Origin: Bugula neritina
Taxonomy: Eukaryota > Animalia > Bryozoa
DNA: 64,000 nucleotides
Direction of reading: 5' to 3'
Assembly (NCBI GenBank): GCA_964035545.1
Contig: OZ037767.1
Coordinates: 29,900,628-29,964,627, forward strand
Under the pieces are notes generated by a model. It worked only from the letters and a program-made list of their open reading frames with translations. It ran no database searches and was not told where the DNA came from. The translations under genes were made by a program, and so were the position numbers. Shown here in pieces: positions 51,201 through 64,000 of the stretch; the stretch's first letter is position 1, and every line of letters begins with the position of its first letter.

Positions 51201-54109
51201 CTACCAGGTTCCCATGGCTACCAGGTTCCCATGGTTACCAGGTTCCCATGGTTACCAGGTTCCCATGGTTACCAAGCTAAAAATACTAACCATACCTACA
51301 GTAATAGGTTTCAGCTTTATCTTAATTTAATCATAATATGTTTTTGTTGGTTTTTCATTCTTTTCGATTGTGTTGTTTGTTTTATTTCTCTTTCTCCATG
51401 AAATTTCTTTCAGTTTGTTTTTAATTATCATTACCTATTCTTTTTATGCATGCAACTCAGGACACTAGCCATGGTGATAATCTTCTGTGTAAAAGATAAC
51501 TCCAAACAATGCATGGAATACTCATAACCTTTGTGGCCTTCTACATTCTATAGTTAAACTTACGGCTATAGACAAGCTAGTTGCCTGTATTTACCTGCTG
51601 TAAACTGATGTTGTAGAAATCGACACAACTGTAGAGGAGACGACAACTCTGTTTGAATTTCCTAATAATTTCAACAGCAACAACTTAAATGCCGGTGGTC
51701 AAGGTCAAGGGTCAGCGGTTTCCTCCACTGACAGGACCAGTTTGAATGCTGCAGGGGTGGGCTATGTTGCTAGTAATACAGCATCTCAAGGTTTGTCAGT
51801 TGCATTTATTAGCTCTCCATTTAATTCAACTGTATTTAATTCAGTTGTATTCGAGTTTAAATAGTGGTCGCTCTATTTTTCTTTTAAAGTTTTTCAACAG
51901 AGTTTGTTATAATCACTTTGATGTGCAAGTGAGCAGCACGCAGTTGCTTTCTGAGCGACATGTGTCGAACTCACAGTCCAGGAAAAATAGGCTTCACTTC
52001 CTTCTTCCGGCATTTGGCAGAGTAATTCATTTAACTGCTGAAAAGCGATACTGAATAAACACAATTCACAATGTGTCTATTTTAAACATTCAGCAATTCA
52101 ATTTATGGAAACTTCATCACGTTTCGCTAAATGTTATTTTGAGTTCTGATTAAAAGCTGCCAGGAGTTTAGCTGACTGACTATCAGTTAACAGACTGACT
52201 ATTAGTTAACAGACTGACTATTAGTTAACTGACTGACTATCAGTTAACTGACTGACTATTAGTTATTGCATGAAGTTGTTGTATTGGTAGGTGAAGGACA
52301 GAAGAGCACGTCTGTGTCAGTTACAGTCAGCCTGATTGTAGTGATAGCCGTGCTGGTGTTGGTCATCATACTATTGGTTGTCTACAGACGACGCAGGTTA
52401 GTTTGTGCTACAATCATTTCATGTTATTATAGAATTTAGATAATCCTTGAACACACTTTATCTATGTCATCAGTAAGTGATCAAAAATCCCAATTTAATT
52501 CAAGATATATTTGAACAAAATTTATTATAAAACAAAATTGTTTGAGCATACAACTCCAAACAGTCTGTAGATGATAGCTAAACTATAATAATAAATGTTT
52601 TAATGTTGCATAAATTAATTGTGTCAGGGAGTCCTTAAAATTTTATATGATTGAAATATTAATTTTTGTCTTCTTGAAATATATTTGAAAAGGTTTTGAA
52701 ATATATTGACATGCAGAGTAACTCTGTAAAATCGGTTCATACATCATACTGTACTGGCTTTATCATTGTGTCATACACAGTAATGAAAATTACACCCAAA
52801 TATATTATAATATATTATTATTATTATATTATAATATTATACCAGTGGAAATGTTCGCCTTTTAGGAAACTCAGAGCTGACTGGAAGAACAGCCTATCCA
52901 ACCCGAGCTACGAAGACGATGTACCTGGCAAGATTAATGACCTTGGATCTGGAAAAGGTCACGAATACGCTGTATGCAGAAAGGAATCTAGCGGAAACTT
53001 CTACATAGAGTTTGAAGTGTCTGAAGATCCAGGTTGGTAGTTCCATTCTTGTTCCACTTCTTTAGTTTTAAAGATGAGGAAGTAAATGGGAAACACTAGT
53101 CTTGAAAGAATATATATTATATATATTACGTGCATGATTTATACAGATTTCTTTAGTGTCATCTAGCAATAGAAAGCTCTAGAGTTACTAAATCTAACCA
53201 TCGGTGTATGGTGTACTCTGTGGGAATATATTTTACAATGTAGGAAGACAGGCTTTTATGAAAACACATTAAGTTATAACGGTATCATTTAACTATAAAA
53301 AAAATTCATGACGCACTTTTGCCCTCCATGGTATATATTTTTCTGATATCTTCATCCTGAGTAGAATAAAAAAATGAAGGGGACAGAATAATTGATAAGG
53401 AAAAGCATTTTTGATTGTAAAACATTGCGAATTCAAATTTAACTTCCACTATTTGAAAAATGTGATAATATAGTCGAAGCTCTGCATATTTTGTTAAAAT
53501 AGAATATCAACAAATTATGAGTCATGCATAACGTAACTCTTCTCGTTTCTCTCTTTAGCTGATGATTCGAAGGTGGCCTTCTCCAACAAGAACTATACGA
53601 AACCGCCAACTTTTCTCCCTCCAAATATCGGCGCAGAAGATGCTGAAAATGAGGCTAACATCATGAAGGCTCATGACTTCCGTAAAGCAGCGCATCAAAG
53701 TAAATACCTGGACGACTGTGGCATGTACACTGAAGATGGATACATGGCCCCTAAACATCTGTATGCTTCCATTGGGGAGACAGCACTGCCTCCCCCTTCC
53801 TATCCACCCCCTCACTACGACGTGCTTAATGCCGCTAAAAAGCTCCAGGCTCCCCGTCCCGATTCCAGTGCTGGTGTGTACGAAGATATGGATTCCATGA
53901 AGCTGGACTCAAAGTCTAGCCCGAGTTACAGCAACATTCCAGCTAAGGTTGTAGCTGATCACTATGATGTCCCGACTAATAGAGCTAGTGCAGTTGAGTC
54001 CAGATCTGAGCCGGAGAAGGCGGAGACTGTTGCTACGGAAACCGTGTTGTACGATGTGCCCAAACTCCAGCTGAAAGTAGCAGCTGAATCTGAGGAAGTT
54101 GACGTGTAA
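45278..54109 (+). CDS. Type I membrane receptor: signal peptide, C-type lectin domain, Thr-rich mucin stalk, TM helix, Tyr-motif-rich cytoplasmic tail
   Basis: Exons 45278-45326 (MLLAAVLAALSLLSAA), 49280-49439, 49683-49825, 49951-50112, 50585-50717, 50912-51061, 51617-51790, 52291-52396, 52866-53032, 53559-54109, all phase-compatible. CTLD motifs TWLDAKEFC, FWLGL, WNPGEPN..DCV..WVD..C..FACE. TM helix SLIVVIAVLVLVIILLVVY followed by RRRR. Confidence 0.88.
49444..49612. repeat. 15-16-bp minisatellite (CTAGTGTGACTCAGTA) starting at a lectin-gene donor
   Basis: About 10 copies directly after GT at 49440. Confidence 0.88.
51200..51274. repeat. 17-bp minisatellite (TACCAGGTTCCCATGGT)
   Basis: About 4 tandem copies, intronic. 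Confidence 0.85.
52172..52265. repeat. ~18-bp minisatellite (GACTGACTATTAGTTAAC) near an acceptor
   Basis: About 5 copies ending 25 bp before the AG at 52290. Confidence 0.85.
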
Positions 54110-55778
54110 GTTGAATAAGAAGTGGACAACAGCTGAATTGTTAGAGGGACTTTCTTTTCCTAATAAATTTCTACTTAAATCTATTGGATTGCATAATTTT
54201 CACATTTTCTCTGCTCTAAGAATAACTGTTATAAGCGCATCCTCTATTTTGTTATCTTATATCCTCTTTACTTTCATCTGTTCTTTCTTCAACTTTATGT
54301 ACCCAACTGATCTGACCAACTTTGCATTTTATGCATTTTTTTAAATGTATGCATCAATACAAAGTATTTATATTGTTTATGCTGTTATCACATTTTATGA
54401 ATCTTTTATGATGATAATTATTTTATTTTTACATTGTGTTATCTTTTATTTCTTTATCTTGCATCTTTCATAGATATGCATGATTCCTACTTGCAATATG
54501 AGTTGTATTTATAATTATGTAATTTAAAAGGCACGCACTTTATTGTACTCAATTTATTGATAATACAGTAACCTGCACAGCCATTACTCTATGTCATCAT
54601 CTATGTGTCCATAGCATTAAAATACAACATGATACATTGTTATTATATATAGAATAATTAAAAAAACAGAAGTTCAGTTGTATTAAAAGCTGGGATCAAA
54701 AAGAGTGAGTTCTTTACTCATATGTAATTTGGTAGCATCACTTGCAGTGGTTAGTTAATAGAAAATATCTTACTGTGCAATCTGTGAATGATGTCTATAA
54801 TTCTGAGACTTCTGAAACGGTAGCTATTTGCTGTTGAGCTTCTGCATGATGATGATCAGTGACGTGCTGCTTCGACTGCTCGAATGGTTTTTAGGGTTTT
54901 AGAGTTATCTTTTCATTATGACTATTTTGTTGTTGTCGCTCTTTATTGGAACATTTTTGGTTAAATACGATTGTAGTAGAGGAATAAATAGTATCAATTG
55001 TAGCTTTTCCACTAATTGTAGCTCTTTGGCATTTCCTTGGCTGCTTCAATATTATAATATCAATATGGATACTGTGAGTATCGATAGTTGCTAGAATCTT
55101 CATAGGTAATAATCATTGCTAGAAGTCAATCATCTGTTAAAGTAAAACTTCCAAAATATATACGAAGATATTTATTTACATTTTTGATTAATTTATTTTG
55201 ATGTTGTGATTTTTAATGCGTAAAATCACTAAAAGTAAAATGGCAAAATGATTATCATTGTGATTATGATTGATCATAATTTGTAGTAAGATTTATATGG
55301 TATTAAATATTATGTTGATAAATACGTTTAGTTTTGTAATTATAAGTTTAAGTTTAATAGTATTTTTATATTTTATTTTTATTATTAGTGTTGACAAGTA
55401 AAGTAAACTTGATGTCTCAATTTTATTTCAAAAGTAGCCAGTACTACTATTGTCTATTAGTATAAGTATTACTATTACTATTAGTAGCTGTAAGTGAGTA
55501 AGTAACCATTTAAACTGAGACTTCAGCCCCAGGAGCTCCGTTCTTTCTGCAGTTGTTATTTAGTAATTTTTTTGCAGATTATCATTTTTTCACATAGACT
55601 TCTTGATTAGATTAAAGTCATTGATGATTACTATTATTATTACTATTAATTTTATGGTCTCGAAACAGTTTGGTGGTAAAGAAGAGTTGAAACAATCTTC
55701 ACTTTCAAGTTTAAGATACTTATATTTTTTAATATAATTAAACAATGTTTTTAATTTTTTTAGCTGCAGTAGACAATA

Positions 55779-56966
<1,188 letters not shown>

Positions 56967-57443
56967 TTCACATGCCGGCTCTTCTGAGAATTTGCCAACA
57001 ATATCAAAGCTGAAATTATTTGTTGATTAAAACCATGATTTACTTGTTGAAATGCTAACTGCCGGTTCTATTTATTAAATAAACTTATGATATTTTAAAA
57101 AGAAAATAGTAGGGCTTGTTTTTTTATTATGTTTTATATTTCTTCATAATCGTAAATGTTGAACATAAATGTTCAACATAATTATAATTAATATTTACTT
57201 TTATGGTTTGTGATGTCACAATATTGCGCCATGTTACACTCTTGTATCATGCAACAAGCAATTTCACAGCATATAAAAAATTAAACATGGAACAGTGTAA
57301 AAAAACTTGATGTAAATTCACAGTTCAATGACAAGTATTTCAATGTACACATGTAAGGGTTTACAAGTAAAAAGAGAAAGATGTAAAATACTTTCCAGAG
57401 TCTTGTAAGCAAATACTGGAAAGAACAGGAGTTGTCATTCCAT

Positions 57444-60400
57444 TCATAATGACTCAAAACCTACAAGAAACATCCATCATTAGATGCTAGTCGTTAATTC
57501 ATATTGAGATTCAAGAAATAAATACCAACCCAGAATGCAGTGGTGGTAGATGATGCCATTGTGTATGATTTAATTTGCAATAATTGTTTATGTTCTTGAA
57601 CCTAATGGTGAACTAAGCAGTTTTACAAGCCATTGAAAACCATTTTCAATTGTTTATTAAATTTCTAATAGTTAAATGATATATAAATAGTAGTTTCTAA
57701 CGAATTGATAAAATATGTGAGCTGCATGAAGCTTGAAAGGATAACATAAAAACGTTACCGATTTTTGTTAGAATACTAACAATATTGAAAAGCATAGTTT
57801 TGCAGAGTTGAAACAAAAGAATGAACACAAATTAAAGGAAAGTACATACACTGTGGGGGGTACACCATTTTTGTGAGACAGAGGCCTCCACTAGTAGCTA
57901 GTGGGATTTCACTCTCCTTCCTACCGAGTTCTGGGTGTGATAAAAGTTCCTCTAAACGTTCCACAGCGAGTTCACCTTTTGCTACAGCCAGCATAGCACC
58001 AACCATAAACCGTATCTAAACAGGTGATACATGCATCTCATAAACTGGATAACTTTATGTCTATATGGCAGCCAACGCTACTTTCCAAACATGTCTGCTG
58101 ACTTTGCTTCACAGATATGAAGATATACAGTAACTGTCCACTCAGCATTACTTTTGGGTGGTCAAGTTCGTGGTGGTGTCAAGTTAATTCTCAACTTCTA
58201 ACTAAATGCATCCACCATAAAGCACCATATTATGATGCAGACTAATGTATGGAGGCTTTGTAGTGAGTGCATAGATATTTACTGTATATATGAAGGGTGA
58301 GAGAGTTGTTGGCCCACACTTCTATTTCGCATGACATATTAAATGCTAGTTGATACAGCCACTCACCTGTTTGTGCATAAACCCTTGTCCTGAAAATATA
58401 ATATTCCAGAGTCGTATCTCTGGTGTTTCTTTGTTGGCACAAGATGTGAATGGAGCGGCTGAGCCTGCAACACATTGCAATGAAATGCAGATGAATAATA
58501 CTAAGCAATAATGTACAACACTCGCTGTGTGAAAGAAACACATTATCTTGCTGAACTATGACTACCCGAATACTTTCTAGGTGTTTATTTATCTTCCAGG
58601 AAATCTATAAAATTCTACAGAACTTGATAAGTTAAACTTCTCAGAACATTATAGGGCGGCTGCAGACATACACACTGCGCTTCTGTCTTACTGCATGCCA
58701 CACCTTAAACAAACCATAAAAATGTATACCTAACATGGCACCGTAAAACTCTTTCTTATACACATAAAAAACATATACCTAGTTCAACGGAGACTGAGCA
58801 CTGACGTACTACTCTTTGTAAGTATTTCTGGTGCAAATCCTTGGGCTCAACTCTGAACAAAGTGTAGTCATTCACACCAGAGAATATTTCAGCTGCCAAT
58901 TTAAGCTTCTCTACATTTAGACTATGTTTAGGTTCCCTGTGATGAGACAATAATACCGATGGTGAGGTCAGCAACAGCAGTAGATTGGCAGCTATTTACT
59001 TGGCGCAGTTTTAATTATGTTATGTTATTTGTATTTAAATTATTCTCACGTGATAGTTGGACGGCCTGTCCACTTCAGTTAAAAACTATTTTAGAGGTAA
59101 ATGCTGCACTTTTATAAGACCAGATTATGTCTAGGAGACTGCAATTGATGCCAAAAAACCCAATTCAGTGAGCAGCAAATTTAGAAAACTACTGGGTGAT
59201 AATTTAGTAGAACAGGTTAGAAAGCTGGGACTTACTTTGTCAGGCCGATCATTCCAGCTTCAAAAGCATCCATCTTGTTGATGCATTCAAGCATGCCCAC
59301 ATGGCTTGGCACTACTCCAAGACGGTAGACATAACACTTTTCAGTAGCACTTCTTCTGCAGTCGAAGGCTTTTGCATCTTCAGACACAAGTTTTATATCC
59401 CTCACACTGATAATACACACACTCAGTGATTTATGAATATATATTACGTAAATATGTCACTCTAGAGATAAAAGAAGCAGAAGAAGCAAAAAGTTGTAGA
59501 ATCGCAGTTACTTTTAGTTTGTTAAAAATACAAAACTAACTGAAATTCAACACACCACAAAAACTTGGAATACTACGAAGTTAATAGGAGCCTAAACTAT
59601 GAGCAATAATATGAATCTTAAGTTGACAACCACAACTCCATTTTATGTGGAATTCTAATAGAAGTTGCAGTCAGCTGACTCACCGTAGACACTCAGAGCT
59701 CTGCAGGAGATGCTGATTGAGTTGTTGGTGTAGGCTGGTGACCAGACTCTTGGTAACACTGAAATAGAATTACAGACCTGAGACTAACCAACTTCAAAAA
59801 TAATTTTTGTCTGCCAATAAAATAAAACAATATCTATATACCAAGTAATATTTCAAGTAATCTTTAGTTACCGTGTTTTCATAAACAAGGAGAAGCTGGC
59901 CACATTGACCACTGCATGAACACCAGCATCTGTTCTGGAAGCCAATCTTACCGGAACATTCCGCTCAACCTGCAGGACACTTTCTAAGGCATTCTACAAA
60001 CAGGGTATCACAAGCAACCACTAGATGGAGTATTACACTACATTACAGAGTAACTAGAAGATACAGAACACTCACACTGATACCACATGTTCATACACTA
60101 AAACTGTGAAAGCAAAGTTAATGTCATGTGTACAAATCAGTGAGCTTTTTAGAAATAAGGAGACTAATGCATCAGACAAGCTAATCATTATACAATGATT
60201 TAGCAACAGCTACTACCTGAATAGTGTGTTGAACAGTTTTTAGTGGTGGAAGCTGATACTGGGAACCTCTACAATAGAAAAATAGATATTTAAATTCACT
60301 AAAAGATGGCACTATACATGCTACCGAAAAATTCCATATTCTAATAAACTTGAATTTCCAAGCAGACTTGGTGTTATTGATGTTGCACATTATAAATTAA

Positions 60401-60495
60401 ATAGTATTGACTTTTTTTAATAAAATTATTTAGCATTACCTGAAAAACGTCCCAACATACGACAGAAAAAGACAAAAAGTGCGTTGTTTTTCCAT
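57444..60495 (-). CDS. PUSL1: TruA-family tRNA pseudouridine synthase-like 1 (last exon uncertain)
   Basis: MEKQRTFCLFLSYVGTFF, catalytic SRTDAGVHA, FDCRRSATEKCYVYR, FSGQGFMHKQIRFMVG and GGLCLTKMVY. Terminal acceptor is at either 57461 or 57602. Confidence 0.85.
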
Positions 60496-61667
60496 CCATG
60501 AAGGTTCATTCAAAGTCACAAATCACAAGCCCAAACACTGCAAAATTTTAATTGATATGAACTGGCAGGTTTTTGCTATGAAAAGTTTGAAAAGTTGGGT
60601 TCACTTAAGTAACGATATACTGCTACTTTGAAAAGCGATGAGAAAATATGGTTTGTTTACAAAAACATAACTCATAAGAAAATAAAAGATATAAGAAAGC
60701 CATTGGACTTGGTTCAACATCCCTTGATCATGATCTTTAAAACCATTAACCAAAGTTACTAGCCTTAACTAATACTAATAGTAATAGTAATACTATTATT
60801 TTAGTAAAAGTTATTAACTCTAAGTGTTGGCATTACTGTTAACCTTATCTTACGACTTATACTTATAGTTATACAGCAAATGTAACTTAGCTACGTTTTT
60901 ATTTTACACTGACACTCTTTAGATTTATAGTTAGCGTTACTCTTACAGTTACTCTCTCAATTCTAATACCGATACAATCAAATATTATAGTATTTATAAT
61001 TCAAATTTCAATACTAATACTCAAATAGTATTACCAATAGTAATAGTAATTTTTATTTTACTTTTGTTTTTTAAGTTTTAGCCTTTACGTTAAACTTTAA
61101 CTTAAAGCCAAGAGCGGGGACGACTTACGAGTAAGCCTAATTAGTAATTATTACTAAACAATTAAAGTAAAATTAAAGCTACAGTCCCTGTTATTGTAAT
61201 TATATTATAAGTCGTACTCATGCTAATACTTAGTGATAATCTGAGTAAATCTCAATCAGTCAATGCATGGGTCATGGGACAGTCATGGGTTTGGGGTTGT
61301 GAATTTAAATCCAAGGCGAAAAAAGTTTAGGGACAAAATTCTTTTTCGACCTTACAAAATCGCTAATTCTTTACTTCAGTAGTTTGTTTACCTGCAGTAC
61401 ATAATATTAAAAGGTCAATGTCATCTAATCAGTTTCCGGTGATTGACGACTCATCAATTACATTATTTTTCAATTCTCAAGCCAAAACTATAAGTATAAG
61501 TAACTGTAAGTGTAAAGTGTGAAGTGTTCTTCGAAAAATGTAGAAAACATCATGATGATAATACAATAATTATTTGTAGTAAAAATTTTAATGTATGGTA
61601 TTAAATAGTGTTAATAGTCGTTATTCATGTAGCATTGTAAATCCTTTGAGAAACTGAAGCAGAAGTG

Positions 61668-62012
61668 TATTATTACTATTAGTATTACTATTAGTATTAC
61701 TATTACTATTAGTATTACTGTATTAGTATTATTACTATTAGTATTACTATTAGTATTTCTATTTGTATTACTATTAATATTACTATTACTATTACTAATA
61801 CTATTACTATTAGTGTTACTATTAGTATTAGACTTAATATTACTAATTTAATTAGTATTACTATTAGTATTAGTATTACAAATACACTATTACTATTAGT
61901 AATACTAATAGTAATACTATTACTATTAGTATTATTATTTTAATTATTCATTATAATACTAATAGTAATAATAATACTATTACTGTATTAGTAATACTAA
62001 TACTAATACTCA
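61668..62012. repeat. (TATTAC/TATTAG) hexamer microsatellite with internal inversions
   Basis: 6-bp periodic tract upstream of the RER1 ATG. Confidence 0.9.
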
Positions 62013-62608
62013 GTAAAAGATTGTAACTGTTAAATACTACAAACTAAAACTCAATTAAGTACTAGTAGTAGTACAAACCAATTAATAATTTCTTTGCCAT
62101 TTAATCAATCAATCGATTTACCAGTGATGCTACATTACTACAATTAATATTCAGGCTCTTAATCACAATTAATTGATGGTCAATCAATATCATTATCATA
62201 ATGATAATCATAGTGTATAAAAGGAAGTTATTCATTATTCATTATTGATCATGGTCTTAATCAACATGAAAATAAAGATCAAGTGGTTATCAAATTCTTA
62301 GTTTTGTTTTAATTAATGTTCACATGTTATATTGTCACAAAAATGTTTGCGAATCAAAGTGATATTTTTATTTTGTTTTATGTTGAAGATATAAAAGCTA
62401 GTTTTTAATTTGATGTAAATAACTGTTGAGCATAATTTACTTTGTAATTGTGTATAGCAAGTATAGCTATTTGTTATTATAAATTAATTTTTAGAATAAA
62501 ATTTTCATTCATATTTTATGAAGATGCTTGTAGAGTTGATCAGCCAAGTGTCGTTTAAAATAGGGACTATAAAATACCACTAATATTTTTGTTGTTATAT
62601 CAGAAGCC

Positions 62609-63844
62609 ATGATTGATGAAGCAGACTCCGGAGATGCTATTAATCAGCCGTCTGCTATATCTAAGAAACTTACTCACTTAGGAAACGTATGTATGACTTC
62701 ATGTTTTCTTTTACTATTACTCTTTTTCCTATAATAATTTATTTCTTATGACAGTGTATTCTTTAACATAGCCTTATATTTTAGTTAAATAGTAACTCAT
62801 ACATTTCTTTGCAAAAATATTTTTGCTTTCTATACCCAAAACTACAACAACAAAAATTTCTAGGGCTAAGTTTAAAAATTCTAAATATATTTTAATATCT
62901 CTTTTCAGATATACCAGACATACTTAGACCGAGCCGTGCCCCATGCCGCTGCCAGATGGGTAGTGCTGCTGATTCTTATCGTACTTTATGTCGTTCGAAT
63001 TATTCTACTACCGGTAAGTGAATTTTCATTGCGGTTTTTATTCTTCACTATTCAAATGTTAGCTTGTCAAGGCACGCATTTCATGCTGATTGGAGTATTA
63101 TTTATAGTGAGTACGATTCTTCAATTTCTATTAAAATCACTCTTTTGATGCACAATTTATCTTACAATATATCTGCAGTAGAGTTCCAGGGCTACTATGT
63201 CACATGACTGTTTAGACTGATTCTCTACCTACTGTTCTGTAGACTACCCAGTAGTAACATATTACACAGTATTACTATTTAATCATTCATTTGATTTACA
63301 AACTACCACAGCCAATATAACAGGTGGTAGTTTGATGTAAACTAAGACAGGGAAAATAAGCTTCTAATTTCAAGTAAGCTTCTTACTCAGTTACTTACAC
63401 TATTTGTTACAGAGGTGGTACATACATACTTACCCAGTTACTTACACTATCTGTTACAGAGGTGGTACATACTTACTCAGTTACTTACACTATTTGTTAC
63501 AGGGATGGTACATAGTTACTTACGCTTTAGGCATATATTTGTTGAGTCTACTACTTGCTTTCCTTACACCAAAAGTAGACCCAGCCTTGCAAAGACTTGA
63601 GGAAGATGGTGAGTATCTATTGTATATTCAGTGAACCAAATATTGCTAGCAGCTGTGTGCATCATACATGGTGGGAAAACTCCAAAATTCAGTAATAATT
63701 TTGTGTCGCATAACAATTTCCTCATATTTAGTGGAATCATTGTTGTATGTGTTTTATTATTGCAGAAGATGGTCCTAGTTTACCCACCAAACAAAGTGAA
63801 GAATTCCGCCCTTTCATTCGCAGATTGCCAGAGTTCAAGTTTTG
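62609..63844 (+). CDS. RER1: Golgi-to-ER retrieval receptor RER1 (5' part; continues beyond the window)
   Basis: Exons 62609-62686, 62910-63013, 63503-63608, 63765-63844. Motifs [27 protein letters not shown] and [22 protein letters not shown]. Confidence 0.96.
63382..63520 (+). repeat. 43-47-bp triplication of a RER1 acceptor
   Basis: CAGTTACTTACACTATYTGTTACAG|RGRTGGTACATA with AGs ending at 63412, 63459 and 63502. Confidence 0.88.
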
Positions 63845-63857
63845 GTGAGAAACAGTA

Positions 63858-64000
63858 TTTATACAGTTCTTATACAATATTATACAGTCCTTATGCAATA
63901 TTATACAGTCCTTATACAATATTATACAGTCCTTATACAATATTATACAGTCCTTATACAATATTATACAGTCCTTATACAATATTATACAGTCCTTATA
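63858..64000. repeat. 21-bp minisatellite (TATACAATATTATACAGTCCT) after a RER1 donor
   Basis: At least 6 copies running to the window end. Confidence 0.9.

Overview
AT-rich, intron-rich genomic DNA of an invertebrate animal; the taxon cannot be fixed from the sequence alone. I assembled exon chains by hand from splice signals and remembered homology. The window holds a U2 snRNA gene inside an intron of MSH4 (+, 5' part outside the window, with a ~586-aa Ser-rich terminal exon). It then holds a 4-finger C2H2 gene (-), a LINE relic, PPIL4 (+), ERCC2/XPD (-), CEP162 (+, with an intronic tRNA-Gly-GCC), a C-type lectin/mucin-stalk/TM receptor with a Tyr-motif-rich tail (+), a HINT2-like gene (+), PUSL1 (-) and the 5' part of RER1 (+). 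Two unexplained patterns recur. (1) Many intronic minisatellites are tandem copies of the exon-intron junction itself (up to 23 donors in a row, or 3-11 acceptors, some in frame). (2) Every gene with a visible start has a 3' splice acceptor shortly before its ATG, and the upstream regions carry 3/6-bp-periodic low-complexity tracts with fold-back palindromes. No prokaryotic systems or CRISPR arrays are present.
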